A DNA stretch of 62,672 nucleotides, the filler included, from Choristocarpus tenellus KU-1152 (lineage: Eukaryota > Protista > Phaeophyceae), in NCBI GenBank assembly GCA_964200185.2. It is 8 parts of 8 records of this genome, joined end to end, with 100 filler letters (N's around TTAATTAATTAA, not from the genome) between each part and the next. Parts side by side here need not be neighbours in the genome. Positions count along the whole stretch, not along the records: positions 8,334 to 23,409 come from CAXNAD020001066.1; positions 23,510 to 37,012 come from CAXNAD020001469.1; 6 more parts are not named here. One strand, 5' to 3'. Every line of letters starts with the position of its first letter. Position 1 is the first letter of the stretch. This document shows, one piece after another, positions 12,576 to 25,668 of the stretch. Made by a program: the position numbers and the translations under genes. The notes below the pieces were generated by a model that searched no databases, had not been told where the DNA came from, and was given only the letters and a program-made list of their open reading frames with translations.

Positions 12576-15500
12576 CTAAAGCATTACAACGTGGACACTT
12601 GCGTGAACACAATAGGAGAACCGCATGATGTTGCCAAGGGGTAAAAGTGCTCGACAGACATTATACTTACCCTGGTAAGTTAGGTCTTTGTTCAAGATAG
12701 GCAGGAAACTAGGTAACTTATTGCCCCCCTCAGCACATGAGATGCTCAAACTTGTACTATGTAGACTATCGGTGGCACTTAAGGTATTTCCCGCCGCCAC
12801 GGCAGATGAACAGTACAACAGAACTGGATGCTCCTGCGGGAGTACAGGAGTACACAAAGCACATATGGTCTCTTGGAGACACCAAAAGAAGAAGTAGGGC
12901 GGCTGCCGAAGAGCAACTCTCTTGTTTTACTCCAACACATCAAGTACAAATGTATAGGTAGACTCTCACCTCAATGTGATGGTGCATCAGGGCTACAACA
13001 TCGTACAAACTGTGGGCTACAATTGGGACCAAGAGATCACCGGACAGAAGCAACAGCAGGTGGAAGTATGCCCCACACAGGGCAGCCACCACTGAATAAG
13101 CCACTGTTGCTGGGTGCAGTATCTGCAACCAATCCATATGTAGTGACAATGATTGAGGTAGGGGCGTGCGAAAGGGCAGTGGGGGAAAAAGAAAGGCCGA
13201 TCGTGGCCAGATCGGGCAGATACATGAGAGCACCAAGAAAGGCCGATCAGGCTAAACAAGCAGGATAAGCTCTTGGAGACAAGGTGTTGTTTGGTAAGTA
13301 AGTTCAGTACAGGAAAAGGATCATGCCTCACCCCAAAGATTGTGCTGCAAATGGCCACGATTCCTGCTGTAGGAATCATCTTGGCCTTCAACATGATGAA
13401 CATTGGGAGGAGGCCACGGAATGTGCACTCCTCAAGGAAACCGATCACTGCTCCCAATGCAATAGATGCAGGCAACACCTGCCACAGCTGATGTCCCCAT
13501 TGTTGTGATTAAGGATATAGGATTTAGTTGACCTGTTGCTTTGAGATATGAATTAGTGTGGGCCAACCATCACTGAGAGGATGCGAGGGTGTGTGTCAGG
13601 CACATGTTTGGAAAAACAATAAGAATACCCCTACCCTTCACTGTTACATGTCTAACCAAGAAATTATATTCTCTGCCAAGTGTACAACTTGAACATTGTC
13701 GGACACACTCAAATGGAGTCTCGGTGCCAACTGATGGCTATGGACTACATATACCTTGCACTCATGCTCCTGACTTATGTCTTCTAGGTACACTACACTG
13801 CAACTGTTGAGCTTGAATACTCTCAAAGACACCTACATGAAGCATGGTCAAAAGGACACCCAGAAAACGATGGTATTGAATGCCTGAAGCCTTCTCAAAA
13901 ATATTAACAACTTCCCTTTTCAGGTGAGGTGCTTCCTTGAGAAATGAATCGACTTACACTCCTACCAAACCACAATAAAAGTAGTTCATATTTCCACATC
14001 CCAAACTTGTAATGGTTTTCACTCAAGGGAAAAAAACACTTCTCTCTCGCCCCAAATCAGATAGAATAGCAAGGAGTGCATTAAAAAATCACAGTGGAAA
14101 GGCGACTGTTATTCAAGTCATCTCGTTTGTGGCTCGCATGAGGGGAGAGGCAATTCCAAGAAATGTTCATGGTAGGATTTGTATCTACATACAGTCCTCA
14201 GCAAGTGTTAGAGACAGTTGTTTGTATTGTGGTACTCAGTCTCCATCTCATGGAACCAACTAGAGACATAGTAATGGCACCATTCCCAGAAATATATTAA
14301 AAAAATCATTTTGGCAACCTTCGAGGCTCAAAGTATCTGGGCCCATTTCTCCATGTCGCGATTTTTGGGTGATTTGGTTGCATGTGCCGGATGGATAATG
14401 TAAGTGCATTTTTCCTGGTCAGGGCCCAAATGGACACCCTGGTGTAGTCCTCCCCCCCCCCCACATACTTTGAGCCTGGATTGAACATTGTGTATTCAGC
14501 AAACTATCAGTAAGGATTAAAAAAGCATATCTGCCAATCCTACACTTTATCGCTACAGAAAACGTATTTGGTCCCAATCATTGATCATTGCACACACCTT
14601 GACATTGCACGTTCATGAGAGTATATCCTCCAATTACAGTACTCTAAAGCGGTTGTGATTGGACGATAGTGGAGGGAGTCAGAAGGCTGTGGAAAGATGG
14701 TTGTACGCAGGCTCCACCCACCCCTGTCGCATCTCCCACTACATTATAACAAAGGACAACAAAGAGGGCGCCAATACAAATACTGTCACCCAACCAGAAT
14801 ATTCGTCATAGCTCTTCTTTGATTGTTCCACAATAACTTTCACCGTATTGGACAAAGGTTAATTTTCCTCCCCATTAGCTCCAGATGTCAACGAAATAGA
14901 AAACCACACCTTAACACTTCCCTATATCCAAAACATTTTTCTCCTCACCAGTCGTTTACTTCCAAAGAGCAAAAGAGTAGCCTCACGGGTGGAGGCATTC
15001 ATGCGCTCAACCCAGTCCCACTTTGTTTTGTCCAGTACGAGCCCCAGAGCCATGGGAGGAAGGCATGATACAGCACCTAACAGGACCCCCCGTAAAGAAA
15101 CATGTAGAGCTGACCATAGCTGAGCCCCTGCCGCGCAGTGATGCCGAGGTTGGAGGGCATAACCATAGTTGGTCGCACACAGCAAGGACTCGAAGTTCAT
15201 GAGGAAGACATTTCAAAGGTGAGTGAATAACAACCTTGATCAGTATTGGGTATTCGAGTCTCCCTCATCAACGTGCTCGCCACCCCTTACATCATTCGAC
15301 CTTTCTTACAACTAACAGATAAACCCTGTCATCGATCCATCCTCTACAACAGGCACTTACTGAGCGTAGCTCCGGCCGCAGCCAAAGAAACTGCAAGAAT
15401 GGCAGCTTGCACAATAGGGGTGCCTATAACGAAACTCCAATCCACCCCTGGGGTGTAATCGCTTCGATGTCCGATCTGCAAAAGCGGTCGGAATATTTTT

Positions 15501-15769
15501 GAGTTTCTGGAGGAGTCACTACTCTTCATATTGGTGACACCATCTTGGCGGGCTCGGACTTCCAGTTTTGGGAGGGGCAGTGTTGAGGCCTTTGGCAACG
15601 AGGTTTTAGTATAAGTGCTCGCCCAGGGCGATTGCGACCAACCCTGGTGTCCAGCTACAAGCTTGCTGGAAGTTGCAGGATTAAAGGCAAATGCTTCTGA
15701 TTCCTTGTGACTCCAGCAGGCACAGGCGGTAATCACAACCCGCGTGATGCCCACACCCGTCAATCTCAT
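12576..15769 (-). CDS. CPBP-family (CAAX protease / Abi) intramembrane metalloprotease, probably plastid-targeted
   Basis: Phase-compatible exons 15769-15361, 15127-14949, 13478-13332 and 13122-12970, then a last exon from about 12833 (3' end uncertain). Motifs EECTFRG, IFG|ILH and AHSLYD are present; signal-like N-terminus followed by SEA-FAF. Confidence 0.88.
14325..14476. mobile_element. MITE, family B (intronic)
   Basis: GGCTCAAAGTATCTGG...CCACATACTTTGAGCC; flanks TCGA/TGGA; inverse homologue at 30280-30454. Confidence 0.85.
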
Positions 15770-16068
15770 TGTTGTAGTGATTGGGTATGAGGTTGTTTTC
15801 AACAAAACGCCTCCTTGTTGCTGCTAGTAAATCCGTTTTTCAAAAACAACTCTTGTCAACATCAACGAGATTACAGTAGTAGTGTTGAAGGAGGCGGGAA
15901 ACCTTTCGATATGTGTGAGAGAGAAGGAAGGTGATTTCTCTTCCGATTCACGAATTCCCTTGCTGGAAACTGTGGGGCTGCCGATATCGGTAAGTAGTTC
16001 GTTGACCCCTCTGCGTGCGTTGAGTTGGGCAACCCATACTATCCACGACTGGTAATTTAGGCATCAAG
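15770..16068. promoter_or_regulatory. Probable bidirectional promoter
   Basis: 299 bp between divergent ATGs at 15769 (-) and 16069 (+). Confidence 0.55.
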
Positions 16069-19000
16069 ATGGTGTACTTGTCGAGGAAGGCCGAGGAGGA
16101 GAAACTTGAGGAGCTCGAGGCCATGCTGAAGGATGCAACCCAGGTGGACAAAACAGGTAAGTTGTTGCCGCCTTGTACCAGTCACTATATTTCCTGTTTC
16201 CATTGAAACATCAAACGAATCAATCAAGTCTCACCTAGGGGTTGGAACATACTCTCACATCTCTTGCATGGCAGAGGCATCATTCGCGTCTGAATTCTCA
16301 ACGCCAACAAGGGGATACGCCCATAATGAACGTGTCCGGGGCCAGCCTGGTGAGGTTCACTATCCCCAATCTCCAGCGGTGGAATGGACAGGCGATGTGA
16401 CCACCAAATTACATGTGTCGACCCCAAGCAGTTTCTCTCCCTATGGCCGGGGGGGGAAGCATAGGCGGCGGACCAGGACACGAGATGAAAATGTTGATTT
16501 TCAGCACCAACTTTCTTTGGATGAGGGCGAGTTGGCTGGTCTGAGGACCGAGCTAGCATCGGCTCGGTCGCAATTAGATCAAAAGGAGGTGATCATACGA
16601 TCCCTCCAGCGTCAACTCGACCAGGTGATTTCCGATGGGTTGGTCTGGGATTTCATGTTGTGCTCTTCCTTGAATGCTCCCTCAAGGAAGAATAGGTTCA
16701 TTTGTGTAATGTTGAGCTAATTGTGCAATGGAAGACACCTACTCCGTGCTAAATTGAGGATTTACGACTCCTTTTCCGCCTTGCTATTTACCTCGCCACT
16801 GCTCCTTTTGTCCATGCCCTCAGCGGGAGGTCGTTGATAGTCAGGCTCATGCACGAGCTGAGGAAGACTTAATTTCTGCCTTGGCAAGAGAATCCAGTCT
16901 GAGGGAGCAGCTGGCAGAAGCCTCCCAGTCATTGGTTGAAGAGGCAGTAGCAAGGTACATGTTTCTGTGACCAGTTATCACGTCAACAATAAATTTCACT
17001 TGAGGTAGAGTTGCAATACATGTGTCCCTGCTGGGACTGGTGGCCTGGATGCATAGTATCTAAGCTGATATCCTATGGGAGATAACGAAAAAGTGTGGAA
17101 TGTGCTTGTAGTGTGTGCATTTGCATGATTGGAGAACTGTATACATTGGTGCGTTCTTCCAAGAGCTGCCCAGTCTCTCCGAGCAGCAGAGTGAATGGTG
17201 ACATTTTTGTATGGTAGAGTTGATCTTGCACTGTGATCTCCAGAAATATGACGTAAAACAGTGCAATTCCCCTTAGCTCAACCATGTTTTTGCCCCTGCC
17301 CCTACTATGATCTGCTTGGTTGGGGTCACTCTACTGTTAATTGCAGGAAGAAGCTAGAAGAGAATTGTGCCTCCATCTCTGAGCATCTTTCAGTGGCAGG
17401 TTCTCAAAAGGCAACAGCAGATGTTGAGCTTGCTGACACCCGTGCTGAGCTTGCACGAGTCTTGGGAATGCTGCAATCTAGAAGGGGCACAGATGTGGTG
17501 GAAACAGAACTTGCTTTTGCCGAAGAGTTGAGACGCCTCCAGGAGGTTTCAGCACAAGAAACTGCTACCCTCAGGCACGAGGTCAGTGTGCTAAGGGCTG
17601 CTCAAGAAGAGAAGACAGCTGCCTTCCGAAGAGCTAGCGAGGAGAGGTAAGGGTGTCCAATGAAAGGGTGGGACAGTCTAAGACTTGAACCTGTGTAGTT
17701 CAGACTTAGACTGATTTCCTTGGATAGCACCCTGACGTGGGGACAGTGTCAACCTTTTTCCATCTGTGCTCTGCGTGTGCGAGAAGAGGGGTATAGTTTC
17801 CAGGGTTTTGTGCTTGGATTTCTGCTGGTTGATGTTGCTTTCTGTTGTTTTACAGGGATGCTTGGTGCAAGGAGGCCAATGCCCTGTCACTGGAGGTGCA
17901 CTCCCTCCAGGAAACAATCAGTGCGTTGAGGCAGTACAGTGAGAGCAGCACTATCGATCAGCTACTGCAGAAAGTGAGCGCTGTGAATGTAGTCACACCC
18001 ACCAAACTTCATTTGCAGCTCTCAGTCTCTTGATTGAACATGGTTTAATTCCTCACCCTCCTTTCTCAGTCAGTCACCTCTCGATTCCCACCCCATTTCC
18101 ATTTATTGACTTGAGTATAAAAGGTGGAAGGAGCTATGGGTAGATTGGCTGAACCTTCATTTTGTTTTTCGATTTGCCTACCCTCCTGTGACGAAGGTAT
18201 CACATTGGAAGGGCCGTGCCGAGGAGCTGGAGAGAAGTGGGGAAGGCTTAGTGACAGCCAGCCATCCTATTCTACAACAGGCTGCAGAAGATGAAAATGG
18301 AGAAAGTGGGGCTGTGACTCCCTACGACCAGGAAGGAGTTGTAGCAAGCATAGATTCTGTGACTGGAGAGTTGATGTCGGTTATTGGGCAATCTGAAAGG
18401 GTCAGTGGTGAGGAGGGGGTTACACACACAGGTCATGAAACGGATTACAAAGAAATTGCCTTGGAGGTGGCGAGGTTGGAACGTGCTCTGGCAGAGGAGA
18501 AGGAGGGGTTACTCATGGCCACAGAGGACAGGGTTGCTGGTTTGTTGATGCTGAGGGATGAGTCACAGAGGAGGCGCCTGGCAGAGGAGCGGTTGTGGGA
18601 TTTGGAGGTGAGGGATTAGGTTGAGTGACCTTAGTTGTTGGATGGATAATGTGTATTTCATTTGAAAACTGCACTCAAACAAGACAAATGAGGAAACAAT
18701 GCTATCGGATGCCAAGGCAAGGCCTGAACCTGCCTAAAGAATCAAATGGCACAATTCCATGCGAAACACGTAATCCTGATTTGGCTTGGTAGAGACATTT
18801 TTTTCTGTGAGCAAATTTTAGTACCCTAACTGATGATCTTATTAGTGCCGATTGTCTGAGCAGAGATCATCATTCTGTCCTTACGATAGTCAAAATTTTG
18901 CAGCCTAGGGAGATAAATCACTGCAAGTATTTGGTGTTGGTACCCAGCATCATCCGTACATTACGTATGACTCCATATGCTTGTGGCGTGCCAGAATTTT

Positions 19001-22000
19001 TGTTTGTGCTGGAATAATTGAGCATAGGCAGTGTTTTTGTAGGCCCTGCGTCAGCCTGCAATAGCATGCTTAAGAGTGGGATTATTTTTTTTAACTGATG
19101 GATGGACACTCAAAGCAAACTGTTCTTGTGAGGTATCGCAATTGCGTGGATGACCATCCCTTTTTTTTTTAGTACTAATTTACAAGTAGTAGTTACTTTT
19201 TTGTACATCATTAATGTATTCAGAAGAGTGATCCCTCTCTTGTTACCTGTGTGTGTGTTGTGTGTGTGATTTGGTATGGGCATAATGGGTATGCAACTGG
19301 CCAGTTCCCTTGAACTTATATGCCCAAAGCCCCTAAGAGTGCTCACTGCTATCACCTCAATTTCCAAAATTTTCAGTTCATGTGTGATAACTCTGGATTT
19401 AACTTTATGGTTGCAAGAACTTAATTTGTTGGGCTCAGGTAGGAAGTTAGTTAGTATGTGTGTGTGTGAGAGAGAGAGAGTGTGCTTGCATCCTTCTTTG
19501 AATTACAAGTTCCTCCGGGGAAGGGGTCACCATCAAGGGTCAAGGGGCAAGGGAAGAGCACTGTTGAGGTCACTTAGATTATATGCCTTGCACCCCACAA
19601 CTTCCTACTGTGCAATACCAGACTTCTTCCACCAACCTGGACCTCTGGCGCAGAAGCAACCATCAGGTTGTAACACACACTTTTCCATACCCCTGTCAGG
19701 CGAAGGTGACTGCCGAGGTGGAGGCAACTCGAAAGATCACCAAGGCAAAGCGAGCCGTCAAGGCCAAGGCCATAGAGGAACTCAAGTCCACCATCCGCCT
19801 TGAGATGGGCGCAGAGCTGGAAAGGTGAATCTCCCCCCTGTCCCCCACTTGCTTTTTTTTGCTGGATGGATGAGTGACCTATTGGTTGACAGATAGAATG
19901 AGGAAAGGGCATACTCAAGTACTTAACAGGAGTTTGAGTTTGTAGCAGAGCAGAGGCGTTTTGTCTATGTGAGGTATTTGGGGGGTATGATTCTCTTTTT
20001 GTTTTGTTTTCTCACGTAGATCCCAATGGGATTGCCAGGCGTTTGCTTCAGAGTCCATACTTGATAGTCCGCAGTGATAGTACCTCGATATGGATATCGT
20101 GGATGGGTTTGGTCTCGCCGCTGCAGTTGTTTGTACTTTAAACTATACTGTGCCACATTGAAGTGCAACACTGTACCTCATGTGCCCACCCAAACCAAAC
20201 GCTGTTTCGTTTCAAGCTCCGGCTGCTGCTTGCTTGGGATTTGTGCTATTTTTCGGAGTGGCGTTGTGCCTGCCTTCCATCACATGAAACCCCTCCAATT
20301 AATGTACAGCTTGGTTTGTTGATCTTATTAGTCTCCCTTGTGGTTGTTTTGTGTGTTGTTTTTTTCTTTTTCTTTTTTCTTCAGGTTGAGGTCTGAACTC
20401 TATGAGGAGAGGCAGGTGGACCTGACCCAATTGACTGAGCCTCAAGAAGCCCTTTCTGTAACCACTACACAAGCACAGGCATGTGGTGTCGGGGCAGAAG
20501 GCAAGGGCAGTGAAGGCAGGGGAACTGACATCGATGGTGGCGGTGATGACTGCTCAGGCATCCTTGAAAAACAGACCCAGGAGAGAGGGACTGAGGCCAC
20601 TTACGCAGCGGTGGCAAACGACCTGATGTCACTGGTGGAGTGCTCTCTCAGCACCTTCCTGGAGGGGATTGCAGTTCCTTCGGGTGTTGCTGACAAAGGA
20701 GCAGTGGCTGGGGGGCGGGGGGAGAGGGGACTGCCAAGGGCCTCTTCGTGTGTTGCTTCAGCAACAGCTGCTAAAAATTCGGCAAATGACAAGAAAGATT
20801 TGGACAAGAAGTTCGCAGGCGGAACAAGTGAGCTACCATGTAGTGCAAGTAGATGCTCGTGCTGCCCTGGTAGCCAGAATGCAGGGGTGGAGGAAGTGCG
20901 AGCATCACTGCAGGAAAGGGTGACCAGGGCGATGGAGAAGGTTCGAGAGAGGGTTGGTCCGAGGGTAATGGTGGCGCCAGGCATGGATAATAAGGTCGCC
21001 GCCTTGACTTGGCCTTCGTTGACTGAGGCCGCGGGGCAAGGTAGGGAGGGTGCTGAGAAGACACTGGAGTGTGTCGTGCTTGGGGAGCAGTCCTTCGAAG
21101 TAGGTGAGGTGGGTATGGAGGGCAGTTTCTGCGCTGCCGATAGTGTTGATGATGATCAGCGGACAACACCAGAGGTTTATTCGGAAAGGAAGCGAGAGCG
21201 CAGTGGGAAACAGAGAGTGGTTCTGTCTAAGAATAGCGTGGGCAGGGGAGGAGGGGGTGCGTTCACAACACCAAGGGAAGGGAGGAGAAAGTGTCCGTTG
21301 TGGGGGAGGAAGGGCGAGGAAGCGCAGTGCGATGAGACTGTTGTATTTGAGGGATGCTCCGAGGACACCCCGCAGGGGATGGAGGAGCAGGAGGTCAACT
21401 TAACCGCAGGGGGACGCTGTGCGGAGCTGGACGAAACAATTAGGATCTTTGAGCTGGAGAAGGAGGAGCTGGTTAAATCGCTGACAATGGACTTTGAGCG
21501 GGAGAAGGTGTGTGGAATGGGTGTGTCTTGTCTATGAGGGGGGGAAGGGAAGGGGGTAGGGGGAGCTCTCTCTCTCTCTCTCTCTCTCTTGCATCTTGTT
21601 TTGTCTTTTTTCACTTTTCTTTTTTTGAGTGAGTGTCTCCTATGATGGTGCTTGTTCAATGGGGAGGGACTTGAATTGACTGTTCAGGTGGCCGATGAAT
21701 TGGTTGGGGTTAGGGAGCGATTGAATTGTTTTTGGTGGCGTGTGAGCAGATGTTCTGAGTCTTGTCACCTTTTTTTTTCTGGTCCGAGGAAGGTCTGGAT
21801 AACCTGTAGTAGTTACCGCTGTGACCCTGCATGGTGTAGGGGTTTACTAGAGTCTCACCTAAAGTGGACTGTTGTTTTGTTTCGAGGTGATTTGTGAAGA
21901 GAGGTAGCTACTGCAAGTATCAAGGAGGTTAAGAACTGTTCTACAGTATCAGGCCTGATTGATGCTGTTACGTATGTACTGTATATATTTTTTAATGCAC

Positions 22001-22875
22001 AGCAGAGGAGTGAGTTGTGGGTCGTCTTATGTTATACCTTGTTCTGCCATGTCCAGGCTACGGAGTTGGATAAGCAGCGCTTCTACTTTGAGTATCATAT
22101 TCAAGAGCTGAACACATGCATCAAAGACATGGTCCATGAGGTGTGTCCCAATTGGTTTCAAGTTTAGTGATAGTCAAAACACGATCTTTTAAAAATAGTC
22201 GCAATAATAATAAGAACTGAACCAGGATGGAGTGGTGCAGCATCACAGAGGACAATATACAGGTGTTTCGTCCTGCATAGCTTATGGAGTTGTTATATTA
22301 TTTATTTATTTTCAGGCTTGCATAACTTTTATGTTATTAATTTTTATCGGCATGGGTCATCTGTGGCCGTAGGCAAGACGTGTACAACTCTGATTTATGG
22401 AACAAATCGACAGTGTGTGGTGTTGTGGTGATTGGTCTATCAAGCACGGAATTTAATTCAGGTGTGTGTGGTCCTACTCCGTGGAAATGGAGAAAACTTA
22501 CCTTGCTGGGTTCTGACCAATTCATTGATCGATTTTTCCTACCCCAAAGCAGCCACCGCATATGGCGCTGGCTGCTTTTGTAGTGTTTCTAGTGTTGGCA
22601 GTAAATATTACGGTGCATGGAAGAAGGAAGCCTCAATGTAGTGTAATGTGTCCTTGCTCCAGGTGTCTTCTGCTCACCACAGCATGCAATGTATTTGTTG
22701 ATACAACAGCAACACTGCCCTCAGTTCTTCGCTTTTTAAGAGAGTGCCTAATATCCACTAACCCTTCTCCTTCCTGCAGTTTGGGGATGGGAGGTTTAGG
22801 TGCGAAGATCCAGTTGCTCAACAGGAAGGAGAATCAGACAGACCTGCAGTTGCTGCTGCGGCGTCGGCATGGTGA
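16069..22875 (+). CDS. Coiled-coil protein of unknown function (about 941 aa, 10 exons)
   Basis: Exons 16069-16156, 16275-16624, 16824-16954, 17347-17646, 17856-17973, 18197-18607, 19700-19824, 20385-21507, 22057-22140 and 22780-22875. All are GT-AG and phase-consistent, with E/L/R/A-rich heptads. Confidence 0.85.
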
Positions 22876-23389
22876 CTGCTTCGGAAATCGCAGTACTCAA
22901 CAGCCCAGCGCGTGATCTTGGTGCACTTGTGCATGTTTTCCGGACATACTTTGGCGGCGTGAAACCCAATAGCACGGGCTTCCCATACACAAAATAAATG
23001 GCAATTCCAAGGGAGCGCTGTCTATCCACTTTTCCAGACCAGGATGATATTGGGTCATGATTGTATCTATCTACTCCTGCTTATTAGAACCAAAAATTGT
23101 GCAGAAATTGTCATGCAGGAGAAAATAGGTGTTGTGCATGTTGGACACAGCTTTGACGGGATAATGGGTGACTGCCAAGTGTGCTTTATTTGATCAAATG
23201 ACACATACTGGGCGCTAAGGCTGCCCTTTGCAAACTCCGCAGGCAATAATGTGTTTGAAGTCATGTTCAACGCACACATTCCGTCATGTGTACTCTGGGA
23301 GATGTATATGTTCGTACCTGGATAATGAGCCATCTACTTGCAGGCTTCCCAAGTGCAATGATGTTTAGACATGCTGCGAAATGGTGTGT

Positions 23390-23601
23390 GGGCCAAAGTA
23401 TCTGGGGGGNNNNNNNNNNNNNNNNNNNNNNNNNNNNNNNNNNNNNNNNNNNNTTAATTAATTAANNNNNNNNNNNNNNNNNNNNNNNNNNNNNNNNNNN
23501 NNNNNNNNNCGGATTTGAAATGTAAGCAAAAAAAACGTTGTTTAACCGAAACGGCCGCCCCCTCCCAAACCCCCCCCCCCCCCCCCAAGATTCTTTGACC
23601 C
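23390..23601. mobile_element. MITE family A termini on both sides of a linker
   Basis: GGGCCAAAGTATCTGGGGG before the gap; 23510-23601 matches 3339-3427. The flanks do not match, so these may be two different copies. Confidence 0.75.
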
Positions 23602-24023
23602 ACCCCATATTCCTATCAACTCGTATTCAGGTTGACAATATTGCTGGCCCCATGCCTTCAGACCTTGACCATGAGCTTGTTGCGATGTTGACCACATCTC
23701 ATCAACTTCGCTCGTATTTAGGCCGACTGATATGCTGATCCCATACACTCAGACCCTGCAAGCTTGATTGGTATGATGACCACATACCATCAACCTTCGG
23801 CTAATGATATACTGATCACATATTCGTTAATATCAAGTTTATATGGTACACTTCATTTTGTATTCATGAAGTCGTGTAACATATTATTAGTGCAATAGTA
23901 TACTGACAGTCGTACCTTTTTCTCATATCGCTCCAGAGCTCACTTTTAGTTTGACCTCGAATGATGCTTACCTGACTTTGAGGTCTATCAGATGGGGGGG
24001 GTGATGTGGAAAGCAGGGTTGTC

Positions 24024-24617
24024 TGTTATCAAACCGATATTAGCGTATGCCATATACTTTTATACCAATTGAGTTTCCTTGTCAGAAGTCCTGTATTCCT
24101 GTGGAGGATATTTCGTGAGATTGAGGGGTGGAATCTTTTCAAGGACCAATCCCACAAGTAGTGGTTTGGCAAAGCAGGTTCGAGCTTTCCGATATTAGAG
24201 GAAGGGTTTGTTGCGATGATTAAGCGTAAATTAGGGGATGTGGATATCGATCATCATAATAAAAAAATGTCAGCAATTGCAAGAGATAGAGTGCAAAATC
24301 CACGAGCCGTGAAGGGTATTAGTAGAACTCGCAAGCATCATGTATTTTATTATGACCCAACTTATATTTTAAAAGAGGATGTAAAATTACCAGATGGCAA
24401 GATCGTGGATATCTCTTCAATCAGAGATGTAAAAAAAAAAATTATTTTGTTGTCTCGTGTTTACATTTCTGATGATCCCCCTCTCATGATTTTCTCCCCA
24501 CTCTGTAGTACCCTTAAGGTTCGTCTTGGTCTGTCTGGTCCGTTTTGCTTGATGATTCTCTTCATAATAACCCTTGGCTTAAGTGAATCATGCCGCCACA
24601 GAATCATATGATTCATA
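24024..24617. mobile_element. Degenerate solo LTR interrupted by a foreign 240-bp insert
   Basis: 24024-24164 and 24405-24617 align in order with the solo LTR at 38145-38532. Confidence 0.8.
24165..24404 (+). pseudogene. traW: Internal fragment resembling bacterial type-F conjugative transfer protein TraW
   Basis: 80 stop-free codons FGKAGSSFPILEEGFVAMIKRKL...RVQNPRAVKGI...FYYDPTYILKEDVKLPDGKI match the TraW pattern (G..FxIxE..I..RL..RVxxP..V.G..FYxDPT..L.xD...DGxI). Confidence 0.8.
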
Positions 24618-25668
24618 CTTTGTTCGTTTCTTTCTTTTCTTCTCCTTGTCTTTTTTGCGTGGTGGTGTTTTTGTGATGAGGGTTCTGATTCTTGATCATA
24701 ATTTCTTTCTTTTCTTCTCTTTTGCTTTCACTTCGTTATTTTTTTATCGTTGTTTCTTTTTTCAAGAACTGTGTATTGGCTCCACCACTTCTTAGATTAC
24801 AGTGTATCATTTTTTATTATTCTTGTTATCTTCTCACTCTTACTACTTTTCGATGAAGGGTATGGGTAGTAAAAGGTCCTTTATGGTAATAATGTTGATG
24901 ATGATAATAGGAAGTCTGAAACTTTTGCATTATCTCCACCTACTCACCTATCTCATAGGCCAATGACCACATAGAAGTGTAATACCACAGTATTTCATTC
25001 GCCTACCAATAACCATCACAACTAATTGAAGTACCCTTTGATTTTTTTACTGTAAGTAAGTGTTGGGTTCATTAATCTTACCACTGACGGTCATCCTCCT
25101 TCTTTGGATCTGACTCCGTTCCACAATGAATCTTCATCGCCAGTGTCCAGATTTGTGTTTGTGTTTAATTTTTCGGGTTTAGGGCACGATAGTAAGGTAC
25201 AGGTATACCTTCCCAATATACCCTTTCATATAATCCCTTAAAGACAATTTTTGGAGCAAAGAGTATCTGGTTCCTCACACTGTTGTGACAGAGTTGTGGG
25301 TGGGAAACCATTGAAGCTACAAAACTGACCTGGATAATCCCTTACACTACTATAAATATATGATGGATGATTAAAAAAATAATGAAAAAATGAAAAAAAG
25401 TGGTATTCATAATAGTATCTTCCTCACCTACTACTACTACTACTACTACTATGCTGTTGTCTCTTGTTTCTTGATATTTACCACCAAACTTGGACATTTA
25501 TAAATAATTCAATTTTCAAGTTTGGATGGAGAGAGTGGAGAGGCTTTATTGGAGAAATGATTTACACCTTTAAAACGGCAAGGTTCTTGAAAGAGATATA
25601 ATAGGAGTAGTCCTTTTCCTCACCTCTATCTCCATATTTCATGTTCCCAGCCCATGCAGCAATAGGGC

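Noticed and set aside
23067-23372. Two exon-like segments on the minus strand
   Set aside because: Short, no recognised homology, and truncated by the linker.
24216-24611. The 131-aa ORF as a real gene
   Set aside because: Only the first 63 aa are TraW-like; the rest is read-through into LTR sequence, and the TraW N- and C-termini are absent.
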